Made by a program: the position numbers and the translations under genes. Under the pieces are notes generated by a model. The model ran no database searches, was not told the DNA's origin, and was given only the letters and a program-made list of their open reading frames with translations. A stretch of 64,000 nt of DNA, from positions 1-64,000 of the IMG/VR virus record IMGVR_UViG_3300020165_000007, one strand, 5' to 3'. Shown here piece by piece: positions 30,496 through 40,825 of this stretch (position 1 is its first letter; each line of letters starts with the position of its first letter).

Positions 30496-32334
30496 TTATG
30501 AGAAATCTACGTTCTTCAATTGTTTTATTCTAACTTTGATATCTTTTTCAGGAAACTTTACCTGATATATCTGATTTGGTTGTGCAAAAATAGTATCATC
30601 AATTAATTCAATTTGTTTAGTGTTTTTGTCCAAATATCTTTGTGAAGTTTCTGAAGACGAATATTGACCCCCAGTTTTATTAAAAACTTTTAAATCCGCC
30701 AATGTACTAACTCCAGGAATATCTTGTATTAATCTCCTTATGTCGGATATATTTATGTTCTTACCTAATAGATTAGTCGATGGTGACATATATGAATTAA
30801 CACTATCAACTATACTCGTTATTACTTGTCCTTGATTTTCACTAGATTCCATTGACACTGAAAATACAAATTCTAAATCAATTACTTGAGCACTTCTTAC
30901 TGAAATATAATCATTAATCATCCTGTAATTAGATAAATAATTTGCAATATTTTGTTTTAATGTATTTGATACGTTACTAGTTAACTTACCATTATCATCA
31001 AATGATAATATTTCTATTTTAATCTTATTATCCTCTTCCGTTATAGACGCCTTAGCCGGCGCTCCAAACCTACTCGGCATAGTTCTAATTAAAGAATTAT
31101 AATCATTTACCGTAACGGCCCTTTTTTGTGCCGCAAAATTATAGGTAACCATATTACGCACTTCCTCAGTAGTAGGTAAGTTACCCCCACCTATCGCTGC
31201 GGTTACATTATTAGACCTTAAACTTTGAATTACATTCTGATTAATGTTAGGTGATGGTCCGTTAACCGAAAAATTAATGGTTCCGATTTGGTTGATTGTG
31301 TTTACCCCGATGTTAGAACCTATCCCACCCCCTATTCTATATTTAACAAATAGTGTAGTATTAGCCTTAACAGTTCTACCTAACCCAATATTGTTTTGAT
31401 AATTTTCAAGCCTAAGCGGTATTCCTGTTTTTGCAAATTGAGCTAACTGGTCGTCAGCAGTAACTGTAGCGGAACCGAAAGTTAATTTACAATAACCCTC
31501 AGGTGTATATTCAGAAATAAATCTACTTTCAGTTTCAATATAACGACCCACTTTTATCCCTGGATTATCTGAAGCCTTTGTGGGGTCTTCAACAAATACT
31601 GTATTTTCTGCCAACGCATCTACCTCATACCATCTATCAGGTGCAGTTATAAATTCACCATAAGTAGGTGGGCTTGAGTAAGTAATACCATCTTTCTGAA
31701 TTAATGATGTTATACTTATAACGTTTTTTTCAGGTAAGAAGAACTCATAAAATGGTTTAACATCATTATTATTAATTACTTTTTTAAATATTTTAGTGGT
31801 ACCATTAACAACAACCTCTCGTTTAGTTATAGTATAATTAATAATTCGATTATTACTATCAAAATTCGGTATTTTAGTTCTGTTAGGGAATCCACTACTA
31901 TTATATTGAGTACTAAAGTCGATATCGTCTTGGTTTTCAAATATTTGACCCGCACCTATAAACTGAGAACCTGACCTTATAATACCTAAATACCTACTGT
32001 CTTCTTGGTCTCCAAAAGCTGGAACAGTAATAGACACATCTAATAACGCAATAGAAGGTCTATTACCAGGTATTTTTAATCCATATGTTCTAGCGATATT
32101 ATATATTGAAGATTTTTGTTGAGCGTATTGTAATACAGTTTCTTGTATACTTCTGTCTATATGATAATTTAAGTTGTCTCCAATAGCCGCGTTTAAATCT
32201 AAAAATACTGAGAATACGGAAGCGTCATTAAAATTATCAATGAGGTCCGGATAATACTGTCTTGTAAAGTTTATAAGGTCTTGTCTTAAACCTTCAAAAT
32301 CTCTTTCCGTATATGATATTTTACGATTAGCCAT
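30496..32334 (-). CDS. Baseplate wedge protein (T4 gp6 / baseplate J-like)
   Basis: N-terminal YTERDFEGLRQDL, YRIGGG..SN, AQKRAVTVNDY motifs; follows the gp25-like gene. Confidence 0.85.
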   Translation of the reverse strand: MANRKISYTERDFEGLRQDLINFTRQYYPDLIDNFNDASVFSVFLDLNAAIGDNLNYHIDRSIQETVLQYAQQKSSIYNIARTYGLKIPGNRPSIALLDVSITVPAFGDQEDSRYLGIIRSGSQFIGAGQIFENQDDIDFSTQYNSSGFPNRTKIPNFDSNNRIINYTITKREVVVNGTTKIFKKVINNNDVKPFYEFFLPEKNVISITSLIQKDGITYSSPPTYGEFITAPDRWYEVDALAENTVFVEDPTKASDNPGIKVGRYIETESRFISEYTPEGYCKLTFGSATVTADDQLAQFAKTGIPLRLENYQNNIGLGRTVKANTTLFVKYRIGGGIGSNIGVNTINQIGTINFSVNGPSPNINQNVIQSLRSNNVTAAIGGGNLPTTEEVRNMVTYNFAAQKRAVTVNDYNSLIRTMPSRFGAPAKASITEEDNKIKIEILSFDDNGKLTSNVSNTLKQNIANYLSNYRMINDYISVRSAQVIDLEFVFSVSMESSENQGQVITSIVDSVNSYMSPSTNLLGKNINISDIRRLIQDIPGVSTLADLKVFNKTGGQYSSSETSQRYLDKNTKQIELIDDTIFAQPNQIYQVKFPEKDIKVRIKQLKNVDFS

Positions 32335-32339
32335 ATAAT

Positions 32340-32819
32340 TTAAATATTAATTATTATAAAATCTCTACTTTCAAATGTAGTATCTTTAATAGAATAGTCT
32401 ATTTTTACTTTCGCAGTATATTCATCTACCCCTTCACCTGCAGTTCTAAAAATGTCAAACATTTCATATTCAGAATTTTCGTCTTCGGTATTTAGAGTAC
32501 CCGAAACATTCCTATCATCTTCACTATAAGGGGATATAGATATGTCATTAATCTGTAAATTAGGTATGTATTTATCAACTGATGTTTGTATATCTGATTT
32601 TATTGCATCAAATGTTGGTCCGTCCATTGGTTCAAAAATAAACTCATATATCCTAGTTCCAAAGTCAGGTAAGTAATATCTACTACCTTTCCTTGTTAAT
32701 ATTAAATGTAATAAATCCGTCCTTATCTCATCTTCGGCAGTTTTTGTCCGAGTGAGATAGTTACCATTAACACTTTCAGAAAATGGAAATTTTATACCAT
32801 ATGATTTATTTATTGCCAT
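32340..32819 (-). CDS. Baseplate wedge / sheath initiator (gp25-like)
   Basis: LILTRKGSRYYLPDFGTRIYEFIFEP is the GPW/gp25 signature. Confidence 0.9.
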   Translation of the reverse strand: MAINKSYGIKFPFSESVNGNYLTRTKTAEDEIRTDLLHLILTRKGSRYYLPDFGTRIYEFIFEPMDGPTFDAIKSDIQTSVDKYIPNLQINDISISPYSEDDRNVSGTLNTEDENSEYEMFDIFRTAGEGVDEYTAKVKIDYSIKDTTFESRDFIIINI

Positions 32820-32849
32820 AACAATAAATATTCGATATAATATTTTTAT

Positions 32850-32883
32850 AAATAAAACCCACCTTTTTAGATGGGTTTTATTT
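32850..32883 (-). terminator. Intrinsic terminator after nrdA
   Basis: AAATAAAACCCA...TGGGTTTTATTT inverted repeat with U-rich tail immediately after the stop. Confidence 0.7.
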
Positions 32884-32885
32884 TA

Positions 32886-34592
32886 TTATCCTTCACAAGC
32901 AACACATTGTAAGTCGTTGAGGTTTAATTTCTTCCTTGAGAAAGCCTGAGCTGAGTTCATCGAATGTTGATAATATAGTGTTTTTACTCCTAGTTTCCAA
33001 GCGTCAATTAACAGTTTATTTATATCTTTTGTTGGCATATCAGGTGAAACCATTAAGTTTAATGACTGTGATTGGTCAATATAGTCTTGTCTGATAGCCG
33101 CTTGGTTGATTATGGACGCTTGATTTATTTCGGCAAATGTTCTAAATACATCTTTTTGCTCTTTAGTTAAAAAATCTAAGTGTTGAGCTGAACCATCTCT
33201 TTTCTTAATACTGTCCCACACTTGTTTGGTATCTTTACCTAACTCTTGTAATAGTTTTTTAAGTACCGGATTTTTAATAGTAACTTTTAATTTAGCAACG
33301 TCTTTAACATAACAATTAGACCATATAGGTTCTATTGATTGTGATACTTGTCCTAAAATAAACGCTGATGAGGTAGTAGGTGCAATTGCATTTAGAGTAA
33401 CATTTCTTCTACCATAACCTTCAAGATATTCAGGTTCTCCAAAAATTTTAGCCAAGTCTTCAGAAGCCTTATATGACTTTTCTTTTATCAATTTAAAAAC
33501 TTCTACATTAAGTTTAGCGCTTTCTTTAGTGTCAAAAGGTAAGTTTTTAGATTGTAATAGTGAGTGCCAACCTAAAACACCTAAACCTAACGCTCTTTGT
33601 CTTTTTGCGAAGTTATATGCCTTCTCCAAATAAAAGAATCCTCTTTTACCTTCTATAGTACCATCGTCTCTAATATTTTCAATTTTTGTTAAAAATTCAC
33701 TTACAACGGCATCTAAAAAGAAGGTCATTATCTCAACCGCATCTGTATTTTTCCACTCATCATAATGAAGTACATTCATGGATGAAAGAACACATACGAA
33801 TGACTCCTCATCTGAGTTATGTAAAGCTATTTCCGAACAAAGGTTAGAGTTATAAATTTTAGCACCTTTATCTCTATAAACATCGGGAGCTTTATTATTC
33901 ATAGTATCGTTAAACATAATATAAGGATATCCAATTTCCCCCCTTCTTTGTATTACTTTAGCCCAAATCGCTCTTTTTTCATTATCCCCACCTATCATAT
34001 CATTCATAAACTCATCAGTAACAGTTACCGCATGTGTTAAGTCCTGAATAGGAAAACCTTCGGTACCAATTTCTAAAAATTCCATAATATCAGGATGTTC
34101 TACAGGTAAATATGGAGAGAATCTACCTCTTCTAGTAGACCCCTGTGAAATATTATCGACAACACTTTCAAATAAGTTCATAAAATGAACTGAGCCTGGA
34201 GCATGTCCATTGTCTGTAATCTCAGCACCTCTTTCTCTAATATTACCAAAGTAACCTGAGGTACCTCCACCCATTTTACTCATTTCGCCCACTTCTGCTT
34301 GTGTATATAATATTGACTCTATGTTGTCACATATATTTGACCCAAAACAACTGACAGGTAGACCTCTTTTTTTACCAAAATTAGCCCAAACAGGTGAAGA
34401 TAGTGAATACCATCCTCGACCCATATATTCATAAAATTTATCCGCGAACCCTTCAATTCCTAGTATTTTTTCAGCGTGATTAGCTATAGTGCGAATTCTA
34501 TCTAACGCCTCTTCTCCGTCACTAAGATATCCTCTACGAAGAAAGGTAATGGACTCCTCATTTATCCATTCAAAATTTTCTCTATTTTCCAT
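32886..34592 (-). CDS. nrdA: Class I ribonucleotide reductase alpha subunit, no ATP-cone
   Basis: GGGTSG, SNLCSEI (radical Cys), VCVLSS, APTTSS, KTLYY and C-terminal CVAC. Confidence 0.95.
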   Translation of the reverse strand: MENRENFEWINEESITFLRRGYLSDGEEALDRIRTIANHAEKILGIEGFADKFYEYMGRGWYSLSSPVWANFGKKRGLPVSCFGSNICDNIESILYTQAEVGEMSKMGGGTSGYFGNIRERGAEITDNGHAPGSVHFMNLFESVVDNISQGSTRRGRFSPYLPVEHPDIMEFLEIGTEGFPIQDLTHAVTVTDEFMNDMIGGDNEKRAIWAKVIQRRGEIGYPYIMFNDTMNNKAPDVYRDKGAKIYNSNLCSEIALHNSDEESFVCVLSSMNVLHYDEWKNTDAVEIMTFFLDAVVSEFLTKIENIRDDGTIEGKRGFFYLEKAYNFAKRQRALGLGVLGWHSLLQSKNLPFDTKESAKLNVEVFKLIKEKSYKASEDLAKIFGEPEYLEGYGRRNVTLNAIAPTTSSAFILGQVSQSIEPIWSNCYVKDVAKLKVTIKNPVLKKLLQELGKDTKQVWDSIKKRDGSAQHLDFLTKEQKDVFRTFAEINQASIINQAAIRQDYIDQSQSLNLMVSPDMPTKDINKLLIDAWKLGVKTLYYQHSMNSAQAFSRKKLNLNDLQCVACEG

Positions 34593-34607
34593 TTTAGTTA
34601 TATCGTT

Positions 34608-35888
34608 TTAAAATAAATCGTTTGATGTGATTGATTTTGATTTTTTACTATAGTTAATACTTCTTTTATTAAAGAAGTCTGTGTGTTTTGTAGTTAAAAT
34701 CTCATCGTCAAACCATTCCGTGGTTTCTAATATTGTTTCATTAACTTCAAAAACACTATCAATACCAATTGAATTTAAAGATACATTAAATCTGTGTTTA
34801 ATAAACTCCAATGTTTGTTTTTTAGTGAGAAATTCTAAGTCTCCCTCTTCAAAAATCCAATTTACCACTTCTTGCTCAGCCTCATACGCTTCGTGAGTTG
34901 AGATTATTAAATCCTCCACTAGTTCTTGTGTCCACCAATCGGGGTTTTCTTGTTTGATTAAGTTAACCAACTCAAATCCAAATTCAGCGTGAATATTTTC
35001 TTCTTTCGATGTCGCTTCAACCGCATTACTAATCCCTTTCAATTTGTTTTTATGTTTATTAAATGACATAATAACTAAAAATTGTGAAAATAATGATACA
35101 TTTTCAATAAACATAGAGAACAATACAATCGATTCAAAGTATTCTTTGTTTTCTACCGCTTTTGAGTTAGTAATAGATTTTTCTAAGTATTTAATTCTTC
35201 TTCTAATTGCGGGTACTTCAAGTAAATTTTCAAATTTTTTATTTAAACCTAAAAGCTGTATTAGGTGTGAATAAGCATCCGCATGTCTAACCTCTGATTC
35301 CGCAAAAGTAGCCCCTACACTTCCAATCTCAGGTTTAGGCATTCTTTTGTATATGTCACCCCAAAATGTTTTAACTGCAATTTCTATTTGTGATATTGCT
35401 AACATAGCTCTTTCAACTGCAGATTTTTCTTTCTTATTTAAATGGACCTTATAGTCTTGTATGTCGGACGTAAAATTAAATTCTGTGTGAACCCAATATG
35501 AATGTCTTATAGCGTCTACATATTCATTAAGATTAGGGTAATCATATGGTTTTAGATTTGTTCTTTTAGAAAAAATATTGGGTCTACTTTTTGAACGGTA
35601 AATGATGTACTCTTTCGCAACGTCATTCAAACCATTATCCATTAATTTATTTTCCACCATGTCGTGTATTTCATCAACATGAGGAACGTGTTCTTTATTA
35701 TTCCTAAAAATCGCTTTAGTGGTTAGTCTAGCGATTTTTTCAGCCATTTCCTCATCTACCATTTCGATGCTTTTCATCGCCTTTATGACCGCCCTTTCAA
35801 TTTTTTCAGAATGAAATGGTACTTTATCTCCACTTCTTTTTACGACATAGCGTATATCTCTATCAATTTTATCTATTAATCTTTCCAT
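34608..35888 (-). CDS. nrdB: Ribonucleotide reductase beta subunit with N-terminal ATP-cone, class Id-like
   Basis: VVKRSG...F..EKI...VAKEYIIYR ATP-cone; ferritin-like ligands QIE, ESEVRHADAY, IEN, KEENIH; C-terminal DFF. Confidence 0.93.
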   Translation of the reverse strand: MERLIDKIDRDIRYVVKRSGDKVPFHSEKIERAVIKAMKSIEMVDEEMAEKIARLTTKAIFRNNKEHVPHVDEIHDMVENKLMDNGLNDVAKEYIIYRSKSRPNIFSKRTNLKPYDYPNLNEYVDAIRHSYWVHTEFNFTSDIQDYKVHLNKKEKSAVERAMLAISQIEIAVKTFWGDIYKRMPKPEIGSVGATFAESEVRHADAYSHLIQLLGLNKKFENLLEVPAIRRRIKYLEKSITNSKAVENKEYFESIVLFSMFIENVSLFSQFLVIMSFNKHKNKLKGISNAVEATSKEENIHAEFGFELVNLIKQENPDWWTQELVEDLIISTHEAYEAEQEVVNWIFEEGDLEFLTKKQTLEFIKHRFNVSLNSIGIDSVFEVNETILETTEWFDDEILTTKHTDFFNKRSINYSKKSKSITSNDLF

Positions 35889-35911
35889 TTTTATAATAAT
35901 TTTAGGGTTTA

Positions 35912-37288
35912 TTAATTACTCTCCTTTTGTTTTTTTCTATCAAGGAGTTCTTTAATTCGTTTCCTATTGTTTTCTTCTTTTTGTTCTTCCAAACCTAAGA
36001 AGGTTACACTTTGTTCAGTATCTATAACTAACATCTCGTTATCAAATTTACAATTTTCAAACACAACACCGTCTTTCCCAATTCTAGACTTAGTGATGGC
36101 GATTGTAGCTAAATTCATTTCTTTTTGCTGTAAGGATTTCGCGACAGAAATAATTACGTGCCCTACTTGAGCCTTTTTAATCGAGCCTCCCATTTGGTCA
36201 GTAGTAACCACATCAGAAGATATAGAACTTCTATTACCTTGGGTTGCTGTCCATCCTACCAAATCCAATTCGTGACACATCGATTCAAATCCTCTCATTA
36301 CTGAACCCTCACTTTTCCACTCATCACCTAAGTTTTTGTCAGGAACTACACAATCAATATAATCTAGTACTACCATGTCAACTTTATTACCTTCTGCAGT
36401 CATCTTACGAATTTGATTTTTAATCTGATTCATAGTAAGTGTATCTGACGGAAGTTTCTTTAAGATTAACTTATTTGGTGTATTTTCACGAATATCTTTA
36501 ATTTTGTCCATGACTTTGTCCTTATGTAAAGACAATAAATCAGGAGCTATTTCAGTCCATAACGTAAAATGTTTTCTTTGTATAATTTTAGGGTTATCCT
36601 CAAAGAATATCTGAAGTACGTTATAACCTAAATTAAATGCGTGGTTAGAGATTTTAGTTAGGAGGGTGGATTTTCCAACACCTGTAGGTGCTAATATAAC
36701 TCCCAATTCTCCTTTCGCCATACCTCCTTTCAAAAGGTTATCAATACCTGGTATACCCATAGGTATCGGATGTCTAAAATCTTCTTCTAAAACGTCATCT
36801 AAGTTAGCAAAAACATCTGCAGTTCCAGTGTCTACCTCACCAACTTGTAATGCTTCTCTAACCATTTCCTCCAAATGGTCATAACTCTCAAAATCACCTT
36901 TATCAATGATTTTCTGAGCCTTACCCATAACCTTTTGTAGTTCTTGTTGTTTACAGAATTTTAAAGCCTTTTCTTGTACAAAAATTTCACCTTCCGATGG
37001 GGCTTCCTTAATTTGTTCTACCATATCCAAAACCATTTTTTGAGCCATGGGTGAGGACACTTCAGACTTAATAAGTTGTTCTAAGGTGTTGTAAGAAGGA
37101 GTATGTTCATACTTTATATAATACTCCTTAATAATTTGCATAATCAGTTTAAAGTACTGATTGTCAAAGTATTTTGGTTCAATTACATCAACAATAGACG
37201 CCGCAAAGTCCTTGTAAAGAACGATGTTATTAAGTAGTTGATTTTGAAATGTGTTTCCGAGATAACCAAAATTTTTTTCCTTAGACAT
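35912..37288 (-). CDS. dnaB: Replicative DNA helicase (DnaB / T4 gp41-like)
   Basis: Walker A APTGVGKS, VVLDYID, ATQGNR, KSRIG. Confidence 0.9.
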   Translation of the reverse strand: MSKEKNFGYLGNTFQNQLLNNIVLYKDFAASIVDVIEPKYFDNQYFKLIMQIIKEYYIKYEHTPSYNTLEQLIKSEVSSPMAQKMVLDMVEQIKEAPSEGEIFVQEKALKFCKQQELQKVMGKAQKIIDKGDFESYDHLEEMVREALQVGEVDTGTADVFANLDDVLEEDFRHPIPMGIPGIDNLLKGGMAKGELGVILAPTGVGKSTLLTKISNHAFNLGYNVLQIFFEDNPKIIQRKHFTLWTEIAPDLLSLHKDKVMDKIKDIRENTPNKLILKKLPSDTLTMNQIKNQIRKMTAEGNKVDMVVLDYIDCVVPDKNLGDEWKSEGSVMRGFESMCHELDLVGWTATQGNRSSISSDVVTTDQMGGSIKKAQVGHVIISVAKSLQQKEMNLATIAITKSRIGKDGVVFENCKFDNEMLVIDTEQSVTFLGLEEQKEENNRKRIKELLDRKKQKESN

Positions 37289-37327
37289 GTTTATCAGTTT
37301 TTAAAATACGTGTCTTAATAAATATAA

Positions 37328-37783
37328 TCAAACTAGGTTATATCCCGCGATTTCATATGTCAATTTGTCAGTAGAAAAAACATTAGTTAATGCCTTTAAT
37401 ACAGACTTCAAATGAGGTCTTACGTCAACGGTATACCTTACTTTGGGTGGGTAAACTTTCCCATCCCATATACGATGGTATATAACATCATCATTCAATT
37501 TAATGTATACGTTAAAATCTTCTGCCTCGTCCGTCATAGACGTCTCCATAATCTTTGGGTCAGCAGCAATTTGATACTCGTTATCTAACATATAGGTTAT
37601 AGATTTCATTTTAAGGTCGTTATGAATCTCCTCTTGAATTCCCATAACTGTCTCGTACAACTCAAAACTATTTTTCGCGTTTTTGTTATAACTTTTAACA
37701 TTATAATATCTCTGAACAATGATATTATCATTAAGAGTTAGAAGAAACTCCATTTTAGTCATTTCACTTTTTTCCTTACTCAT
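37328..37783 (-). CDS. Hypothetical protein, 151 aa
   Basis: Intact ATG ORF inside the replication cassette. Confidence 0.7.
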   Translation of the reverse strand: MSKEKSEMTKMEFLLTLNDNIIVQRYYNVKSYNKNAKNSFELYETVMGIQEEIHNDLKMKSITYMLDNEYQIAADPKIMETSMTDEAEDFNVYIKLNDDVIYHRIWDGKVYPPKVRYTVDVRPHLKSVLKALTNVFSTDKLTYEIAGYNLV

Positions 37784-37801
37784 TTTTTAATTTTTTTTAA
37801 G

Positions 37802-38809
37802 TTAGTTTTTTTTAAATCTTCTTTTTTCTTTTCTTGTTAGTTTCATAAATGGGGTAAGAAAATAAACCCATGCGTTGTCAGTTTTAGGTAGGTATTTGAA
37901 TATTCCATCATCCATCATCATCCTCATCAAATTTTGATACCCCCTACCTTCAGGGTCAATATCTTCAGAGTAATAAAGTTCAACTAGTTCTTTCGCTTCT
38001 TCAGTTAACAAAGGTACTGATAAATCCACAAGTTTCCTATTAATAACATAAAATTCATCACCATATACCCCTCTCTTAGTTTTACCCGATAGTAGGTTTT
38101 GTAACGCTCTGTTATCCTTATCATTTTCGTGTAGTTTTTCACCTTTTTCTAAAATATCGTCAACAGAGACCACGGAATCAACTATCTCAGGGAAAAGTTT
38201 TACAAAAGTTTTTTCACCAAAATAGTAAATACCATCAATATTGTCGGACTTATCTCCTGATATAATTTTAAAAGTAGAAACATTTTGATGGGGTATTGAT
38301 ATATCTTTCAATTTAACTTTATCTCCGTACTTAATCATTTGTTTCTGTGTTGGAGAATATATTTGTACTTTTTCAGATATTAGTTGTGTTAGGTCTTTAT
38401 CCGCAGAAAATATAGTTTTGTTTTCATCCTCAGAGATATGACAATAATACGCTATCATATCATCTGACTCATTACCATCAACTATAATCTGACGTATAAA
38501 CATTTCCTCAAGATACTCTTTTACTCTTTTGAGTTGCCATTCAAATGATTGTTTTTGAATATCATTAAGTCTGTTATACCTTCTATTTTCTTTATATTCT
38601 GCGAAAATTTTCTTCCTCTGTATTGAGTTATCATTTCCGTCCCAAAAAACGATTACCTTATCATAGTTATACTCTGAAATAAATCTACGTAAAGTATTAA
38701 CAAAGTGATATATACCACCAATATGGTTACCTTTATGATAATACTCACGTACTCCATGATAACCTATCTTAAATAGGTTATTTCCATCCACTAATAAGGT
38801 CTTAGTCAC
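37802..38809 (-). CDS. 5'-3' exonuclease / flap endonuclease (T4 RNase H-like)
   Basis: LLVDGNNL, YKENR, ESDDMIA, SADKDLTQL, GDKSDNIDG motifs. Confidence 0.92.
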   Translation of the reverse strand: MTKTLLVDGNNLFKIGYHGVREYYHKGNHIGGIYHFVNTLRRFISEYNYDKVIVFWDGNDNSIQRKKIFAEYKENRRYNRLNDIQKQSFEWQLKRVKEYLEEMFIRQIIVDGNESDDMIAYYCHISEDENKTIFSADKDLTQLISEKVQIYSPTQKQMIKYGDKVKLKDISIPHQNVSTFKIISGDKSDNIDGIYYFGEKTFVKLFPEIVDSVVSVDDILEKGEKLHENDKDNRALQNLLSGKTKRGVYGDEFYVINRKLVDLSVPLLTEEAKELVELYYSEDIDPEGRGYQNLMRMMMDDGIFKYLPKTDNAWVYFLTPFMKLTRKEKRRFKKN

Positions 38810-38819
38810 ATTAAAATAC

Positions 38820-39824
38820 TTAAAGAATTAAACTTTCTTCTTCCAACTTAAAGTCACTACCTGTACCAATAATATCTTTCCAATATTCAGAGTTTTCAGA
38901 TTTATACTTTTCGATAGATTTTTTTTCCTCAGAGGAATCCTTTCCGGGTAAAAACCCGTGAGCAGTAACTAATATTCTACCGTCTTCATAACCTAACCCA
39001 TTAATGTGGTTTTTCATAACTGAGACCTTAGTTCTAGTTGCAAATTTTACTTTTCTTTTATCTTTAACCGCAGTTATCTTTGTAGTACCCGCATTTTTTT
39101 GATTTCCAAAAAGAAAAACTAATGATGAGTTTAACCAAATAGCCTCTCCTCCTTTAGCTTTAATCTTAGGCTGACCAAAAGGATTATCTGGAAGTTCAAC
39201 CCATGGTTGGTTAACAATTACTAAAGTATTTTCGTGTTTTGAATCTGACCTACGAGAACCTGATATTCTTTGGTTTATTCCCATACCTATCTTATCTGCC
39301 AAAACTGCCGCATTATGTTGCTTACCACCTTTACCGTCATATGTCATCTTACATGGAACTGAACCAACTGAATCCCATAAAAATAGTAAGTCATAATCCA
39401 AATCTCCACTACTTTGAGCATCTAACAATTCATTAATAAAATTAGTAATTTGTTCAATATATTCAAAGTTATTATTAAAAAGGAAAAATCCATCCCAATC
39501 TAATTCTCCCGTTTCTTTATCAACAACTTCTTCACATTCAAAACCCATAAGTTTTGCATGCTCAAAAGACCATTTCTGCTCTGTTATTATAAAAACAGGG
39601 AGTATACCTTTTTTTTGTGCGTCAACAGCAGCTTTAACAAGTGCTGTAGTTTTTCCTGTATCCGAGTGACCTAAAAACATATTAAGGTGACCCATTGCCG
39701 GTCCAGGTACCCCTACTGCATCTAAGAAATCAGTACCTAAATCATAAAACCTTTGCGGTTTAAACTTAGCTGATGAAGAAAATTTCTTCTTAATATCTTT
39801 AAAGTCTTTCTTTTTAATTGCCAT
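38820..39824 (-). CDS. recA: RecA/UvsX-family recombinase
   Basis: GHSDTGKTT Walker A, LFLWDSVGS Walker B, VNQ, KGG and KNH motifs. Confidence 0.88.
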   Translation of the reverse strand: MAIKKKDFKDIKKKFSSSAKFKPQRFYDLGTDFLDAVGVPGPAMGHLNMFLGHSDTGKTTALVKAAVDAQKKGILPVFIITEQKWSFEHAKLMGFECEEVVDKETGELDWDGFFLFNNNFEYIEQITNFINELLDAQSSGDLDYDLLFLWDSVGSVPCKMTYDGKGGKQHNAAVLADKIGMGINQRISGSRRSDSKHENTLVIVNQPWVELPDNPFGQPKIKAKGGEAIWLNSSLVFLFGNQKNAGTTKITAVKDKRKVKFATRTKVSVMKNHINGLGYEDGRILVTAHGFLPGKDSSEEKKSIEKYKSENSEYWKDIIGTGSDFKLEEESLIL

Positions 39825-39840
39825 TTTTTTTTAATTAAAA

Positions 39841-39874
39841 TAATGGTGAGGAGGATTATCCCTCCTCACCATTA
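39841..39874 (-). terminator. Perfect 14-bp hairpin between SSB and recA
   Basis: TAATGGTGAGGAGG-ATTATC-CCTCCTCACCATTA followed by T-run on the minus strand. Confidence 0.7.
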
Positions 39875-39887
39875 ACATTTGTAATCT

Positions 39888-40742
39888 TTAGAAAGGAAGA
39901 TTTTCATCGACTTTAGTAGTCGACTGTGGGTCCTTTTCTTCATTAATTTTTACTTTCTCATCACCACCACCAATCGTTTCAATAGTATTGTCTCCATAAA
40001 CAAACTTTTTAAGTTCTGAGTCCCATACAGGTGTCTCTCCCCTTGCGACCGCTTCAAGATACTCTACAGGTCTTTGTGCGTACACATCAGACCACGTCAT
40101 TTCATCCTCCATCCATTCTTTCATCGTATCACTATCATCACTTAGAGGTGTTGGGTCATCGTACATAATAGTTTGAACTACAGTGTACTCAATACCTGAG
40201 TTAGTTTTAGATTTAGAAAGTTCGACAATTAAGTCTCTGCCCTCTTGAGAGTCAGTAACGTCTCCCTTAGCTCTCCATATTGGGATAATCTTATCCAAGA
40301 TACCTTCTTGTTTATAGTTATCCTTAAATCTCCAAAATTTAACCCCGTCTGATTCATTATCACGGTCAACAACCTTTACTATATAAAACTTGCGTGGACG
40401 GTACTGCATAGCCAGTTTTTTATCTGACTCTTTTCCTGTTGACATAAGTTCTTCGTAGACTTCAGTCAATGGGGAGCGTTCACCATCATTTTTACCTGGG
40501 TCGTATAGTTTAACCCATCTACCGTCTACTTGAACCTCGTGAAACCAAACTTCCTTAAATGGTGATGAACCATCGGGTGTTGGTAGTATCCTTATCTTAG
40601 ACTGTCCGGATTTAGTACCTTTAGGTAGGTACGTAGTGAAGTACTTCTTCAACCTTTGCTCTTGAGTCATTCCATCCCCGTTACCGCGAGATGTGACATT
40701 TTTGTCGTACTGAGCTAGTACTGCGTCGAGTGCGTTTGCCAT
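39888..40742 (-). CDS. Single-stranded DNA-binding protein (gp32-like)
   Basis: KIRILP, FKEVWFH, GRDL motifs, acidic tail ending LPF; next to recA; start trimmed to ATG 40742 because the upstream start lies within the promoter. Confidence 0.75.
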   Translation of the reverse strand: MANALDAVLAQYDKNVTSRGNGDGMTQEQRLKKYFTTYLPKGTKSGQSKIRILPTPDGSSPFKEVWFHEVQVDGRWVKLYDPGKNDGERSPLTEVYEELMSTGKESDKKLAMQYRPRKFYIVKVVDRDNESDGVKFWRFKDNYKQEGILDKIIPIWRAKGDVTDSQEGRDLIVELSKSKTNSGIEYTVVQTIMYDDPTPLSDDSDTMKEWMEDEMTWSDVYAQRPVEYLEAVARGETPVWDSELKKFVYGDNTIETIGGGDEKVKINEEKDPQSTTKVDENLPF

Positions 40743-40781
40743 TTTTCTTTTATTCTTTAAAAATTTATCTATTATTCTATA

Positions 40782-40812
40782 CAAATATAAATGATTTTTA
40801 ACTTAAGTCAAA
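40782..40812 (-). promoter_or_regulatory. Bacteroidota primary-sigma promoter
   Basis: Minus strand TTTG-N19-TATATTTG matches the -33 TTTG / -7 TAnnTTTG consensus. Confidence 0.75.
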
Positions 40813-40825
40813 TTACTGAGAATAA

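Noticed and set aside
32886-39824. Introns or inteins in nrdA, nrdB, dnaB or recA
   Set aside because: ORFs are continuous, of ordinary length, with no splicing or homing-endonuclease motifs seen
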